Positions 1 through 8,716 of a stretch of 32,000 nt of DNA are shown here, piece after piece. Made by a program: the position numbers and the translations under genes. The stretch spans positions 1 to 32,000 of the forward strand of contig CACVKW010001110.1 of the NCBI GenBank assembly GCA_902749685.1, written 5' to 3'. Within the stretch, counting starts at the first letter, position 1. The number at the start of each line of letters is the position of its first letter. The notes beneath the pieces were generated by a model. That model did not search any database. It saw nothing but the letters and a program-made list of their open reading frames with translations, and was not told where the DNA came from. The DNA comes from Olavius sp. associated proteobacterium Delta 1 (GTDB lineage Bacteria; Desulfobacterota; Desulfobacteria; Desulfobacterales; JAFDCJ01).

Positions 1-31
1 CAGCATCGAGTATCAAGCATCCAGCATCAGC
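1..31. repeat. 7-nt periodic array (CAGCATC GAGTATC AAGCATC CAGCATC), cut by the window edge
   Basis: Direct reading shows four heptamers sharing the pattern NAGNATC. Confidence 0.5.
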
Positions 32-146
32 CCGGAAAAAGCAACGATCTCAGACATAACGGCCAGGCTAGATGACAAGAATTTATGCAATGTTAGGGTA
101 GAGTCTTAGTAGTGAAATTTTTGCATTTTATGTAAAAACATTTTCG

Positions 147-217
147 CCACAAATACACTAAGACACGAAGAAGAATATTAATCAAAGGTTTCACTTTGTG
201 TCTTGGTGTCTATGTGG
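147..217. other. imperfect inverted repeat downstream of the 250-780 gene
   Basis: Arms are 147-166 (CCACAAATACACTAAGACAC) and 198-217 (GTGTCTTGGTGTCTATGTGG). They are 17/20 complementary with a 31-nt loop. A TGTTTTT run follows on the minus strand, so it is a possible terminator or repeat element. Confidence 0.3.
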
Positions 218-249
218 CAATTCATTATTTTCAGAGCGGATTAATTAGA

Positions 250-780
250 TTATTTTTGCCGGACAAATACTACTTCAAACGCCTGCTTTAATGTCGCCTG
301 GAAGTAAACGCCCGTAAATGCATCCTGATCGGGGTTGTAGTCCAGCGTATACGTCGAGCCCGGGTAGCCCTTATCCTGCAGTTCGATGAACAGCTCCTGT
401 TTACCCTTTTTCCAGGAAGCCTCGGCCCGGGCGACATTTATCGGGCGAGGATTCAAGTAGGCGGCATCCATCCGACCATCAGCGCGAATGCTGCGGATCT
501 CGATGATATAGCCTCCGTCCGGTCGCAGCCAACGACCGATAAGGTTTTCAAAACCCTTGTCTTTATCCAATGCTGCGGTCGATAGGGCTTGCGGTATCTT
601 CGCATCGGACTTAGCAATCTGATTCTGTGTGGTTGATTTTAATTTGGCTACCACCAGTATGATCGCCCCAACGGCGACCACAATTATCAAAGATACCCAG
701 ATGACCGGAAATCGTTTTTTAGCAGGAACTTGAACTGGCTTACGACTAGATTGGCGATTTTTTTTTCTGCGGGAGTTCAT
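250..780 (-). CDS. hypothetical membrane-anchored protein (basic N-terminus, one TM helix, ~120-aa soluble domain)
   Basis: 176-codon ORF with ATG at 778-780. The upstream gene's stop (784-786) is 3 nt away, suggesting translational coupling. TM segment FPVIWVSLIIVVAVGAIILVVA is visible. No family recognised. Confidence 0.6.
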   Translation of the reverse strand: MNSRRKKNRQSSRKPVQVPAKKRFPVIWVSLIIVVAVGAIILVVAKLKSTTQNQIAKSDAKIPQALSTAALDKDKGFENLIGRWLRPDGGYIIEIRSIRADGRMDAAYLNPRPINVARAEASWKKGKQELFIELQDKGYPGSTYTLDYNPDQDAFTGVYFQATLKQAFEVVFVRQK

Positions 781-783
781 CTT

Positions 784-1848
784 TCACTCCGAGGTTTGAG
801 ATATAAAATGTTGAATAACCGGCAACAGGCCTACGACCCCTTCCTGGAGCGGTCGGATGACGGGCAGCCCGAGTCTTTGCGTAAGTTCGTCCCGGTAACG
901 GATTAAGTCCTCCCCGGTTCCTCCCTCTCCGTTCAGGCTAACGGCCAGGGTCTCAGCGCCGTACATTTTTATTAATTTGATCTCGTCTGCGACATCGGGT
1001 AATCGGCAGCCCAGGCGCTCCAACTCTTCATAATGTGTTCTGAAAGGCGCATGTTGCAGAATAACTCCCTTTGCATTGGCCGAGACAATAATTTCCGAAC
1101 CGCAGGGACCGGAGGGATTTCTGAGGCCGGATTGGCCTTCGATAAGAATCAAATCCGGAGAAGACTGACGGTTGCATTCCACGATAGCATGTTCAAGTTC
1201 CCCGCTGACAAAATCATTGAGCGTGGCGTCGAAAATAAATCCGTGCCTGTATCCCTGCAACCAACCGGTTTGCCCGGTGTAGATCATTTCAGCCTGAATT
1301 CCATTTTTGCGGCACGTTTCCTCTATAAAACGGCAGGTTGTTCTTTTGCCGATGGAGCAATCCATCCCGAGGACGGCTATTCGAGGTGTATGGACTTTAT
1401 AGATCTCACCGTTCCAAAAGTGAAGCTGGTCGATGGGTTTGGGCTTGCGAAGATCCATGATTTGAACACCATTTTTGCGGGCCGCCTCCCGCAGTACAAG
1501 GATTTCACTTAATGGGTAGTGCATGGTGCTGATGATGTTAATACAGCTTTGGATAGCTTCGAGCAGAATTTTATGCCAGTCCTCCGGCAGCTTCCCGCCG
1601 CTTAGCGCGACGCCGACGATGCCGAAATCCGGTTTTTGATGCTTCTGTTCCATAAATTCAGCGATCGATGCATACACGGGTATGTTTCTGCGCCGACCGT
1701 CCAGGACTTCGCCTGCATCTCTCCCGGCGCTTACCGGATCAATTACACCAACGATCTTAAAGCGGCTGGTTCCTCGAATAAGACCATGTGCAGTCTTCGC
1801 ATCGTCAGTCTCCAGCCGTCCGTTTGTTAGAATAAGTGCAGTATCCAT
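784..1848 (-). CDS. DUF1611-family protein (DgcN-like putative N-acetyltransferase)
   Basis: Motifs TAHGLIRG and GMDCSIGKRTT (P-loop-like) are typical of DUF1611. The ORF-track TTG start at 1881 lies inside a heptamer repeat, so the start was trimmed to ATG 1846-1848 (MDTALILTNG...). The gene is adjacent to an enolase-superfamily epimerase, as is common for this family. Confidence 0.75.
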   Translation of the reverse strand: MDTALILTNGRLETDDAKTAHGLIRGTSRFKIVGVIDPVSAGRDAGEVLDGRRRNIPVYASIAEFMEQKHQKPDFGIVGVALSGGKLPEDWHKILLEAIQSCINIISTMHYPLSEILVLREAARKNGVQIMDLRKPKPIDQLHFWNGEIYKVHTPRIAVLGMDCSIGKRTTCRFIEETCRKNGIQAEMIYTGQTGWLQGYRHGFIFDATLNDFVSGELEHAIVECNRQSSPDLILIEGQSGLRNPSGPCGSEIIVSANAKGVILQHAPFRTHYEELERLGCRLPDVADEIKLIKMYGAETLAVSLNGEGGTGEDLIRYRDELTQRLGLPVIRPLQEGVVGLLPVIQHFISQTSE

Positions 1849-1857
1849 AGGTAAGCA

Positions 1858-1897
1858 TAGGTTGAGCGGTTCAGGATTCAACGTTCAGGGTTGAAAA
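1858..1897. repeat. 7-nt periodic array (GGTTCAR-type) in the leader of the DUF1611 gene
   Basis: Reads CGGTTCA GGATTCA ACGTTCA GGGTTGA. Positions 1858-1889 are 29/32 identical to 24362-24393. Confidence 0.7.
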
Positions 1898-1978
1898 ACC
1901 CCAACAACAGCTCAAATCAAATAAATTTAAATAACCAAAATTCAAATGGCCGAAACGGGATATTGATTGGTAATCCTT

Positions 1979-3073
1979 TCAATCCGCAATCTGAAATCTG
2001 CAATCCGCAATCCACTTCACCCCGAGTCCCGGTTGGTCGGTTACAGATAACTCACCGTCTTTGAGAACGAAACCGCCTTCCACCAGATCCCTGGCCAGAT
2101 CCAGACTACCGTCCAGATCCAGGTAGCGGGTGGCCGGAGAAGCCAGGGCGGCGTGCAGGGCGGCGGCGATGCCGACCCTGCTCTCATCCATACATCCCCA
2201 CATCAAATCAATGCCGGCCAGATTGGCGAGTTCAGCGATCTGCAACCCCGCAGCAATGCCGCCGCACTTCATCAGCTTGATGTTGAAGATACCAAACGCA
2301 AACGGCGGCTGCAAGCATTCGAGGGCATCCCGGGCATCGAGCAGGCTCTCGTCGGCCACCGTCATTTTCCGCATCGATTCAGGCAGCCGGCGCATGCTGT
2401 CCAGATCACGGGCCGGTAATGGTTGTTCGATAAATTCCAGGTTTAGTGAATCGGTTTGATCAATGAAATATTTATATTCCTCCCGTGAGTACCCCTGGTT
2501 GGCATCCACCCGCAGGATCATGTCCCGGCCCGTGTGCTGGCGGATTTGACTCAGACATTCCACATCCTGCTCAACCGACTGCCCGATTTTGATTTTGAGA
2601 ATTTTAAAACCCCGTCCCTTATACTCGTCTGCTTCTTCGAGCGACTCGGCCACGGATTTTATCCCGATGGTAATAGACGTCGGCAACGACCGGTGGCACC
2701 GTCCCAGCAAATCAACCAGCGGCAAACCCAGATGCCTGGCCCATAGATCATGTAACGCAATATCGATTGCGGCCCGGGCCGCAGGCTGGGTGGGCATGCT
2801 GTTCTCCGCATTTCTCAGAATATTTCTTAAATGTCGGATATCCGCACCCATAACCAAGGACTCGAGACCGCTCTCCAGTGCCTGACGGCAATCCTGCACG
2901 CTTTCGCCGGTGACTTCTGCGTCCGGAGCGGCAACTCCCACACCAATCGAACCATCTTCTGTCTGCAGGCAAACAAAAATATTTTCAACTGAATCGATGC
3001 GCTCGTAGGCGATGGTGTACGGCCGTGTCAACTCGAACGGTTCGGTCCAGTATATTGCTTTGGTGATTTTCAT
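1979..3073 (-). CDS. enolase-superfamily (MR/MLE) dipeptide or N-acyl-amino-acid epimerase/racemase
   Basis: Carries KIKIG (KxK), VDANQGY, IEQPL, ADES and FNIKLMKCGGI catalytic and metal-ligand motifs. The start was trimmed from GTG 3109 to ATG 3071-3073 (MKITKAIYW...). The last 11 codons are encoded by the heptamer array at 1980-2014. Confidence 0.8.
   Translation of the reverse strand: MKITKAIYWTEPFELTRPYTIAYERIDSVENIFVCLQTEDGSIGVGVAAPDAEVTGESVQDCRQALESGLESLVMGADIRHLRNILRNAENSMPTQPAARAAIDIALHDLWARHLGLPLVDLLGRCHRSLPTSITIGIKSVAESLEEADEYKGRGFKILKIKIGQSVEQDVECLSQIRQHTGRDMILRVDANQGYSREEYKYFIDQTDSLNLEFIEQPLPARDLDSMRRLPESMRKMTVADESLLDARDALECLQPPFAFGIFNIKLMKCGGIAAGLQIAELANLAGIDLMWGCMDESRVGIAAALHAALASPATRYLDLDGSLDLARDLVEGGFVLKDGELSVTDQPGLGVKWIADCRFQIAD
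1980..2014. repeat. 7-nt periodic array CAATCCG CAATCTG AAATCTG CAATCCG CAATCCA
   Basis: Direct reading. It overlaps the last 11 codons of the epimerase ORF. Confidence 0.75.
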
Positions 3074-3405
3074 AATCTTTATCTTTTTTGCGATGACCGC
3101 CACCAACACTCAATTTAGGTTATCGTAATCCATATGGCAAAAATTAACTTTTAGTTGATTAATCAAAAAAGATGTAATTTACCTAAAATTTGATATAAAC
3201 GACAGCGAGGTGGATATTAGAAGTTTGTGAGACGGGATGCAAGAGGATTTTTAAATTTCAGGGACGGGTTCTTCTCCATAGGCGCTAAACTATTTATACC
3301 CGGGGGTGATTTTGGGCGGCTTAATGAAAATGTTGGACGTTCGATGCTTGCAGTCCGCCTCTGGAGGATTCGATGTTCAGCCAGTTTGTGTTTAAGGCTC
3401 AGCTT

Positions 3406-4011
3406 TTATAGGGCTTTTAGCGGGCTGTCCTGTTTTACGGCTTTTACCTGGTTTTCACCCCAGCGCTGAAATAGATCGTGTTTGATGCCCAGAAAATCGA
3501 ATACTTTTCCAATCGTTTGATCGATGATGTCATCGAGGGTTTTGGGCTTATGATAAAAGGAGGGTACCGGAGGCAGGATATGGGCGCCCATGTCAGCGGC
3601 CATGGTCATCAGCCGCAAATGTCCCTTGTGAAGCGGCGTTTCTCTAACAACGAGCACCAATTTGCGTCCTTCTTTCAGCGTTACATCCGCTGCTCTGACC
3701 AGTAGATTTTCGTTGTAGGAATTGGCAATACCGGATAGTGTTTTTATGGTACACGGTACCACCACCATGCCGTCAGTCAAAAAAGAACCACTGGCCAACG
3801 AGGCCGCTATATCCTTGTGTTCATAAACGTGGTCGGCCATCGCCTCAACTTCATCAGGCTTGTAATTGGTTTCGATCTTGATGTTTAACCTTCCTGAATC
3901 GGATATGATCAGATGGCTTTCATAATCGGTTTTTTCCAGTAAACTGAGTAGCCGGACGCCGTAAGTTACGCCACTGGCGCCTGAGATTCCTACTACTATT
4001 CGTTTTGGCAT
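3406..4011 (-). CDS. ubiX: flavin prenyltransferase UbiX (prenyl-FMN synthase)
   Basis: Carries GISGASG near the N-terminus and VVPCTIKTLSGIANSYNENLLVRAADVTLKEGRKLVLVVRETPL. Start is ATG 4009-4011 with GAGGA upstream. It lies 28 nt downstream of the UPF0261 stop. Confidence 0.9.
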   Translation of the reverse strand: MPKRIVVGISGASGVTYGVRLLSLLEKTDYESHLIISDSGRLNIKIETNYKPDEVEAMADHVYEHKDIAASLASGSFLTDGMVVVPCTIKTLSGIANSYNENLLVRAADVTLKEGRKLVLVVRETPLHKGHLRLMTMAADMGAHILPPVPSFYHKPKTLDDIIDQTIGKVFDFLGIKHDLFQRWGENQVKAVKQDSPLKAL

Positions 4012-4039
4012 GAATTTCCTCTTTCAAATTTTATTTTTA

Positions 4040-5251
4040 TTAAAATATTTTCAACGCATTTTCAACTACCGCCTGCGCGAATTCCGGATCTTCCATGTTG
4101 GCGTCGACTTCCACTATCTGAAGATCGGTCTTGAGTTTTTTCCGCAGAACTTCAGTAAACAATCGGTCTTCGGCCGGATCATAGGTTGGATTTCCGGGAA
4201 GATCTGCCGAGGACCATCCCTTAAGCGGTATCAAAATTCTTACCGGGCTCCGGGCTCGGTTCAGTTTTTCCGCGAAAGCATTGGCGACCTTATTTAATTC
4301 ATCCGGGGAAATACGCAGCCAGGTGCGAAGGTTATCCAGATCATATTTTCGTCGTTGCCTGTGCTCCGAAGTATATTTGGATTTTGAAGGTGTTATGTGG
4401 TTCACACTACAGGTGGATATGATTTGAGGTATTCCGACTTTCCCGGCAGATTCCAGGCGGTTTGGGCCTGAATCTCTCATAAAACCAAAAAGATGTTCTC
4501 CAACTCCACCAGGGGCTAAATCAATAATTCCCTGAAACATTTCAAGTGAGATCATTTCCTCCATGGCCCGGTCGCAGATTCCGGCTGCATGGAAACCAAT
4601 GACCTGGTATCCGGATTCTTGCAAGGCGTTCTGAACCCCATTTGCACATTTATCGCAGGGTCCAAGCATTGTCATGGCAATGGCCTTTCCTTTGCCCGTA
4701 TTCGGTGGAGTCATTTCCCCGAGAATCATACCGGCAATAGCATGGGCTGCCCTGTCAAAGACATTTTTAAGTAGATCTGAGAGCCCTGATAACTCAATAA
4801 CCGAATGAAAAAGGGTAATATCACCGGTTCCGATATACCGGGTTGAAAGCCCGGGCAGAGCAGCGGCAGAAGAAATCATCAATTTGGGAACACCGAAGGG
4901 GAGCGTCCGCATCACCTCAGTGATCATAAACGTTCCGGTTGCGCCTCCCATGCCGGTAACCCCGTGGATCTTACCCTCCGCCTGCAGCTGTTTGGCAATT
5001 TTCGATGCCCCCGCTATTGTAATATTGGTAATCTGCGTACGATCCTTAGAATTGCGGATTTCATCAAAATTACCACCACCGGCAGCGGCCACACGATCGG
5101 GGGTTATATCGGCAAGGGAAGCTATTGTTCCTCGCATGGAGATATCCATTAGCAGCGGTTGGAGACCACACGCTTTAATTTTATCTTTGAGATACAACGT
5201 CTCCGGTTGCTTGGTGTTCAAAGTGGAGATGACAAGAACGGTTTTTGGCAT
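4040..5251 (-). CDS. UPF0261 family protein (Tm-1-like ATP-binding domain), paralogue 1
   Basis: 403 aa. Carries family motifs STLNTKQPE, LPFGVPKLMISS, FHAAG....AMEEM and EDPEFA. Colinear with the ORFs at 15355-16584 and 19712-20929. Confidence 0.8.
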   Translation of the reverse strand: MPKTVLVISTLNTKQPETLYLKDKIKACGLQPLLMDISMRGTIASLADITPDRVAAAGGGNFDEIRNSKDRTQITNITIAGASKIAKQLQAEGKIHGVTGMGGATGTFMITEVMRTLPFGVPKLMISSAAALPGLSTRYIGTGDITLFHSVIELSGLSDLLKNVFDRAAHAIAGMILGEMTPPNTGKGKAIAMTMLGPCDKCANGVQNALQESGYQVIGFHAAGICDRAMEEMISLEMFQGIIDLAPGGVGEHLFGFMRDSGPNRLESAGKVGIPQIISTCSVNHITPSKSKYTSEHRQRRKYDLDNLRTWLRISPDELNKVANAFAEKLNRARSPVRILIPLKGWSSADLPGNPTYDPAEDRLFTEVLRKKLKTDLQIVEVDANMEDPEFAQAVVENALKIF

Positions 5252-5338
5252 AGATTAACCTGCTCTCTACGAATTAAACATTTATGTGCTACCACATAGA
5301 AATGATTTGAAGCCTTGTTTGTCTGTTAATGTAATAAT

Positions 5339-5385
5339 GAATGGATTATTTTTTAATTAAAAAACATTTAAAATAGAATCCATTC
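5339..5385. other. AT-rich stem-loop between the CoA-ligase stop and the UPF0261-1 start
   Basis: GAATGGATT (5339-5347) and AATCCATTC (5377-5385) are perfect 9-bp arms. The loop contains the 16-bp palindrome TTTTTTAATTAAAAAA. Confidence 0.45.
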
Positions 5386-5392
5386 CTTAATT

Positions 5393-7048
5393 TCAGGCTT
5401 CTTTTGCCACTTTCTCCGCGATCTCTTTTTTCAGAGTTTCCTTATTAACTTTCCCCGAATCGCCGACGGCGGGAAATTCATGTACTACTTCAAGACGTTC
5501 GGGGAGTTTATACATGGCCAGTTTTTTTCCTTTGAGGAACTCAACCATTTCTTCAAAGACGAATTCCTGGCCGGCTTTGGGGATGACATAGGCACATGTC
5601 CGCTCACCCATTTCCCGGTCCGGGTAACCCACCACGGCGACCGAGGCGACTTTCGAATGATCATTTAAAAGTCCTTCGATTTCCGCCGGATAAATATTTT
5701 GCCCGCCGCGGATGATCATGTCCTTGGCCCGCCCCAGGATCCATAGACATTCCTGATCGAATTTAACGATGTCCCCGGTTGTGGTCCATCCTTTTGGATC
5801 GAAGACGGTGGCGGTGAGTTCTTCATCCCGGTAGTAACCGGCCGGTGCGTGGGGTCCTCTGAAATACAGAACACCGGGTTCGCCATCAGCTACCGGTTCG
5901 TCGGTGTCTTTGTCCAGCAGGCGGACCTTGTTGCCCGGCAGCATGCGCCCGACGGTCCGGCGTCGAAGATCCTTGGAATCTTCTACCCGGCAGCCGGAAA
6001 CCGAGCCCATATCCTGGGTTCCCAGATCACTGGTGATATTGGCTCCGAAGGCGGTTTCGGCCTCTTCAGCTATCTGGGGAGAGAGATAGCCGCCGGCGGA
6101 GCGGATAAAACGCAGCGAACTCAAATCGTATTTGGAGGCATCGATTTCGAGCATTCTGACCAGGTGGGTCGGTACCACACCGATGGCGGTGGCCTTTTCC
6201 TTTTCAATCAGGGCCAAAGCGGCTTCCGGATCGAATTCTTCCAGCATAACTGTCTTGGCGCCGGCCAGCGGAGCGGCAAAATAGGTGAGGGTGCCGGCAG
6301 CCCCTCCGGCATGGGGTGCAATCGCCATGGTGGTGTCCTGGTTGGTAAGGCCCCATATGTCTACCCGGCCTTTGGAGGTGCATACGCGCGGGGCTGTGGG
6401 CCATTCCACCAGCTTGGGTATGCCGGTGGTTCCCGATGTCGTTGTCAGCAGGGCCACATCCCCGATCGGGTCTAAGCGTCGCGCTTTGAGGACATCTTCG
6501 TCAATGGGTTTTTGAGCTGCCGCTTGTGCTAATTGGGTTAGCGAATAGGTTCCTTCCGGTGCGCCTTGCGGTACTTCGTCGTCGAATAAAAAAATCTTTT
6601 CCAGATGCGGAAACTGCTTCTGAAGATCCTTGTACATTTCAAGATAATTGAAATTGCGGTATTCATTTAGAATGACAACGGCGGCGGCCTCAGTTCTCTC
6701 CACCATGTAAGTCAACTCTCTTTCCCGCAAATACGGATAAACGGTAAGAGAAATCAGGCCGGCTCTTTCAGCCGCAATTCGTGCCAGAAAGCCATACACA
6801 CTGTTCGGCGATTGAATAATGATTCTGGATGATCGAGGAATATCCATCTGTACCCAGGTGAAGGCAATGGCATCCACCAGATTTTTGGCTTCAGCCCAGG
6901 TAACGCGGTACTTGGAATCAACCAGGGCTTCCTGGTCCCCAAACTCGCGGGCGTTTCTTTGCCAGAAATCATAAAAAAGCTCATGCGTCCAATACCCGTC
7001 CGATAAAAATTCATCCACCATTTCCTGCTTATAGCGAATTGGTTTCAC
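5393..7048 (-). CDS. AMP-forming acyl/aryl-CoA ligase (adenylate-forming superfamily)
   Basis: Carries TSGTTGIPK (6413-6439), a GYW-containing N-terminus resembling aryl-acid-activating members, GDIVKFD and a C-terminal lysine region. Start is GTG 7046-7048, 6 nt downstream of GGGAGG. Confidence 0.85.
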   Translation of the reverse strand: MKPIRYKQEMVDEFLSDGYWTHELFYDFWQRNAREFGDQEALVDSKYRVTWAEAKNLVDAIAFTWVQMDIPRSSRIIIQSPNSVYGFLARIAAERAGLISLTVYPYLRERELTYMVERTEAAAVVILNEYRNFNYLEMYKDLQKQFPHLEKIFLFDDEVPQGAPEGTYSLTQLAQAAAQKPIDEDVLKARRLDPIGDVALLTTTSGTTGIPKLVEWPTAPRVCTSKGRVDIWGLTNQDTTMAIAPHAGGAAGTLTYFAAPLAGAKTVMLEEFDPEAALALIEKEKATAIGVVPTHLVRMLEIDASKYDLSSLRFIRSAGGYLSPQIAEEAETAFGANITSDLGTQDMGSVSGCRVEDSKDLRRRTVGRMLPGNKVRLLDKDTDEPVADGEPGVLYFRGPHAPAGYYRDEELTATVFDPKGWTTTGDIVKFDQECLWILGRAKDMIIRGGQNIYPAEIEGLLNDHSKVASVAVVGYPDREMGERTCAYVIPKAGQEFVFEEMVEFLKGKKLAMYKLPERLEVVHEFPAVGDSGKVNKETLKKEIAEKVAKEA

Positions 7049-7072
7049 GGCATACCTCCCATTATAAGTTCA

Positions 7073-7218
7073 AAGCTGAAAGCCCAAAGTTTGATGTTAT
7101 AAGTTTTTAGGAATCATAGGTTCTATATTGATGTGAATGTTTTGCTCAGAAGTTATAGCGAAAGCTCATTACCCTGCCGGGGCAGGGCTTTGAGCCTTTA
7201 CCTTTGAGCTTTCAGCTT
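7073..7218. repeat. complementary heptamer-word arms (AAGCTGAAAGCCCAAAG / CTTTGAGCTTTCAGCTT) spanning the ubiD-like / ligase intergenic gap
   Basis: Arms 7073-7089 and 7202-7218 are 16/17 complementary. The internal perfect hairpin CCCTGCCGGGGCAGGG lies at 7172-7187. Confidence 0.65.
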
Positions 7219-7220
7219 CC

Positions 7221-8627
7221 CTATAGCCCCAGTTCCGACCAGCGCCCCTTGACTCTTTCAACCATCTCCGGATCCAGTTCAATTGGAATCGGCTTATCTT
7301 TCCAATCGTATGGAATCGTGGCGTCCAGCAGCAGTCGGCCTGTGATTTCTCGGGCATTTATCGGCAAGGAGGGATCCAGCGGTGTGGACCGACCGCGTTT
7401 AATGACCTGGGATCGATTGGGCTGGAAGCGGAAGCTTAAGGCATACATGACGCGGGGAATATCCCAGGGATCAATATCTTCGTCGACGACGATCACAGTT
7501 TTCAGCCCGTAAGCGCCCATTTCTGTTGAAATCGCGGCTGTCAATACCTGGTCGGCGTGGCCCGGATACATCTGCTTCATTGAGATAATGGCCAGAAAGC
7601 GGCCGGAGCCTTCCGGCGGACAGTAGACGGCCTTTAAACCGGGTATCTTCATGGCCAAAAGTTGCTGCCAAAGAGTGGCGCCGTATGAAAGTGCCATGGT
7701 CATGTGGGTATCGGTGACGGCCCGGCCGACGGTGGTTCCCCACAAAATCGGGTTGTTTCTGTGGGTGACGCATTTAACATCGATAAAATTTCGCGGATCT
7801 GTGCCGACGCCGGAATAGTAGCCGGTGTATTCGCCGAAAGGTCCTTCTTCCATAAATTTATCGGCATCCACCTCACCTTCTATGACGATTTCGGCTGTGG
7901 CCGGAATGGGAAGATCCACTGTTTCGCCTTTGACAACTTCCACGGCTTCACCCCGCAACGCGCCGGCGACATCGTATTCGGAGGTAAAGGCTGAGATGCG
8001 GGCCGCTCCAAGGATGAACAACAGGGGATCGCATCCGATGACCGAGGCCACCGGCATGGGTTTGCCCATGGCCTGGTATTTTTTCAGCATGATGTCGGCG
8101 TGTTTGCCCTTGATGAACTGGGTCCCCATCTTATCTTTGCCGAGAAGCTGGCTGCGGTATGTGCCCAGGTTAACCCAGCCGGTTTCAGGATCTTTGGAAA
8201 TGATGAAATGCGCGGTGCCGATAAACCGGCCACCGTCCAGGGGATACCACTGGGGAACGGGAAATTTGAAAAGATCGATGTCGTCGCCTGTCAGGATATT
8301 CTCTTTACAGGGTGCGGCTGAGGATTCCACCGTCTTGGGCGGTATCAGGTTATCACCCAGTTTGGCCCATTCATTGTAAAGGTCTACCAGGGTGGATTCG
8401 AGGGGCAATCCCATGATTAAAGCAAGCCGCTGGGTCGTGGTGCAGACACTGGTGATGACCGGCGTGTCATAATCTTTTACATTTTCAAAAAGCAGCGCCG
8501 GACCGCTGGCCTCTTCATTTAGTTTGGCGATATGTGACAGCTCTAAATTCCAGTCGACTTCGGCGGTGATCCGTTTACACAGTCCGATTTCTTCACCTTG
8601 GGCTACAAAATCTCTCATGTCTTTCAT
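7221..8627 (-). CDS. UbiD-family prenyl-FMN-dependent (de)carboxylase
   Basis: 468 aa. Carries LGTYRSQ and EGPFGEYTGYY (7815-7847), which are UbiD signatures. Start is ATG 8625-8627 with GGAGA upstream. Confidence 0.9.
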   Translation of the reverse strand: MKDMRDFVAQGEEIGLCKRITAEVDWNLELSHIAKLNEEASGPALLFENVKDYDTPVITSVCTTTQRLALIMGLPLESTLVDLYNEWAKLGDNLIPPKTVESSAAPCKENILTGDDIDLFKFPVPQWYPLDGGRFIGTAHFIISKDPETGWVNLGTYRSQLLGKDKMGTQFIKGKHADIMLKKYQAMGKPMPVASVIGCDPLLFILGAARISAFTSEYDVAGALRGEAVEVVKGETVDLPIPATAEIVIEGEVDADKFMEEGPFGEYTGYYSGVGTDPRNFIDVKCVTHRNNPILWGTTVGRAVTDTHMTMALSYGATLWQQLLAMKIPGLKAVYCPPEGSGRFLAIISMKQMYPGHADQVLTAAISTEMGAYGLKTVIVVDEDIDPWDIPRVMYALSFRFQPNRSQVIKRGRSTPLDPSLPINAREITGRLLLDATIPYDWKDKPIPIELDPEMVERVKGRWSELGL

Positions 8628-8716
8628 TTTGATACGTTTCTCCTCTCTAACTTTGGGTTGGCTAATTTTTTCTGTTTCTCGAAAATAAACGCGATGTAAT
8701 GCAGAACAATGGTAAA

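Noticed and set aside
3227-3469. Intergenic ORFs of 60-80 aa: 3227-3469, 13601-13840, 13752-13934, 16596-16784, 21346-21717, 22454-22654
   Set aside because: They have no SD context, odd composition and no recognisable motifs. Most lie in promoter or repeat DNA or overlap real genes.
5849-6475. 208-aa plus-strand ORF
   Set aside because: It is antisense to the CoA-ligase gene across its AMP-binding motif. It is Gly/Arg-rich with no start context.
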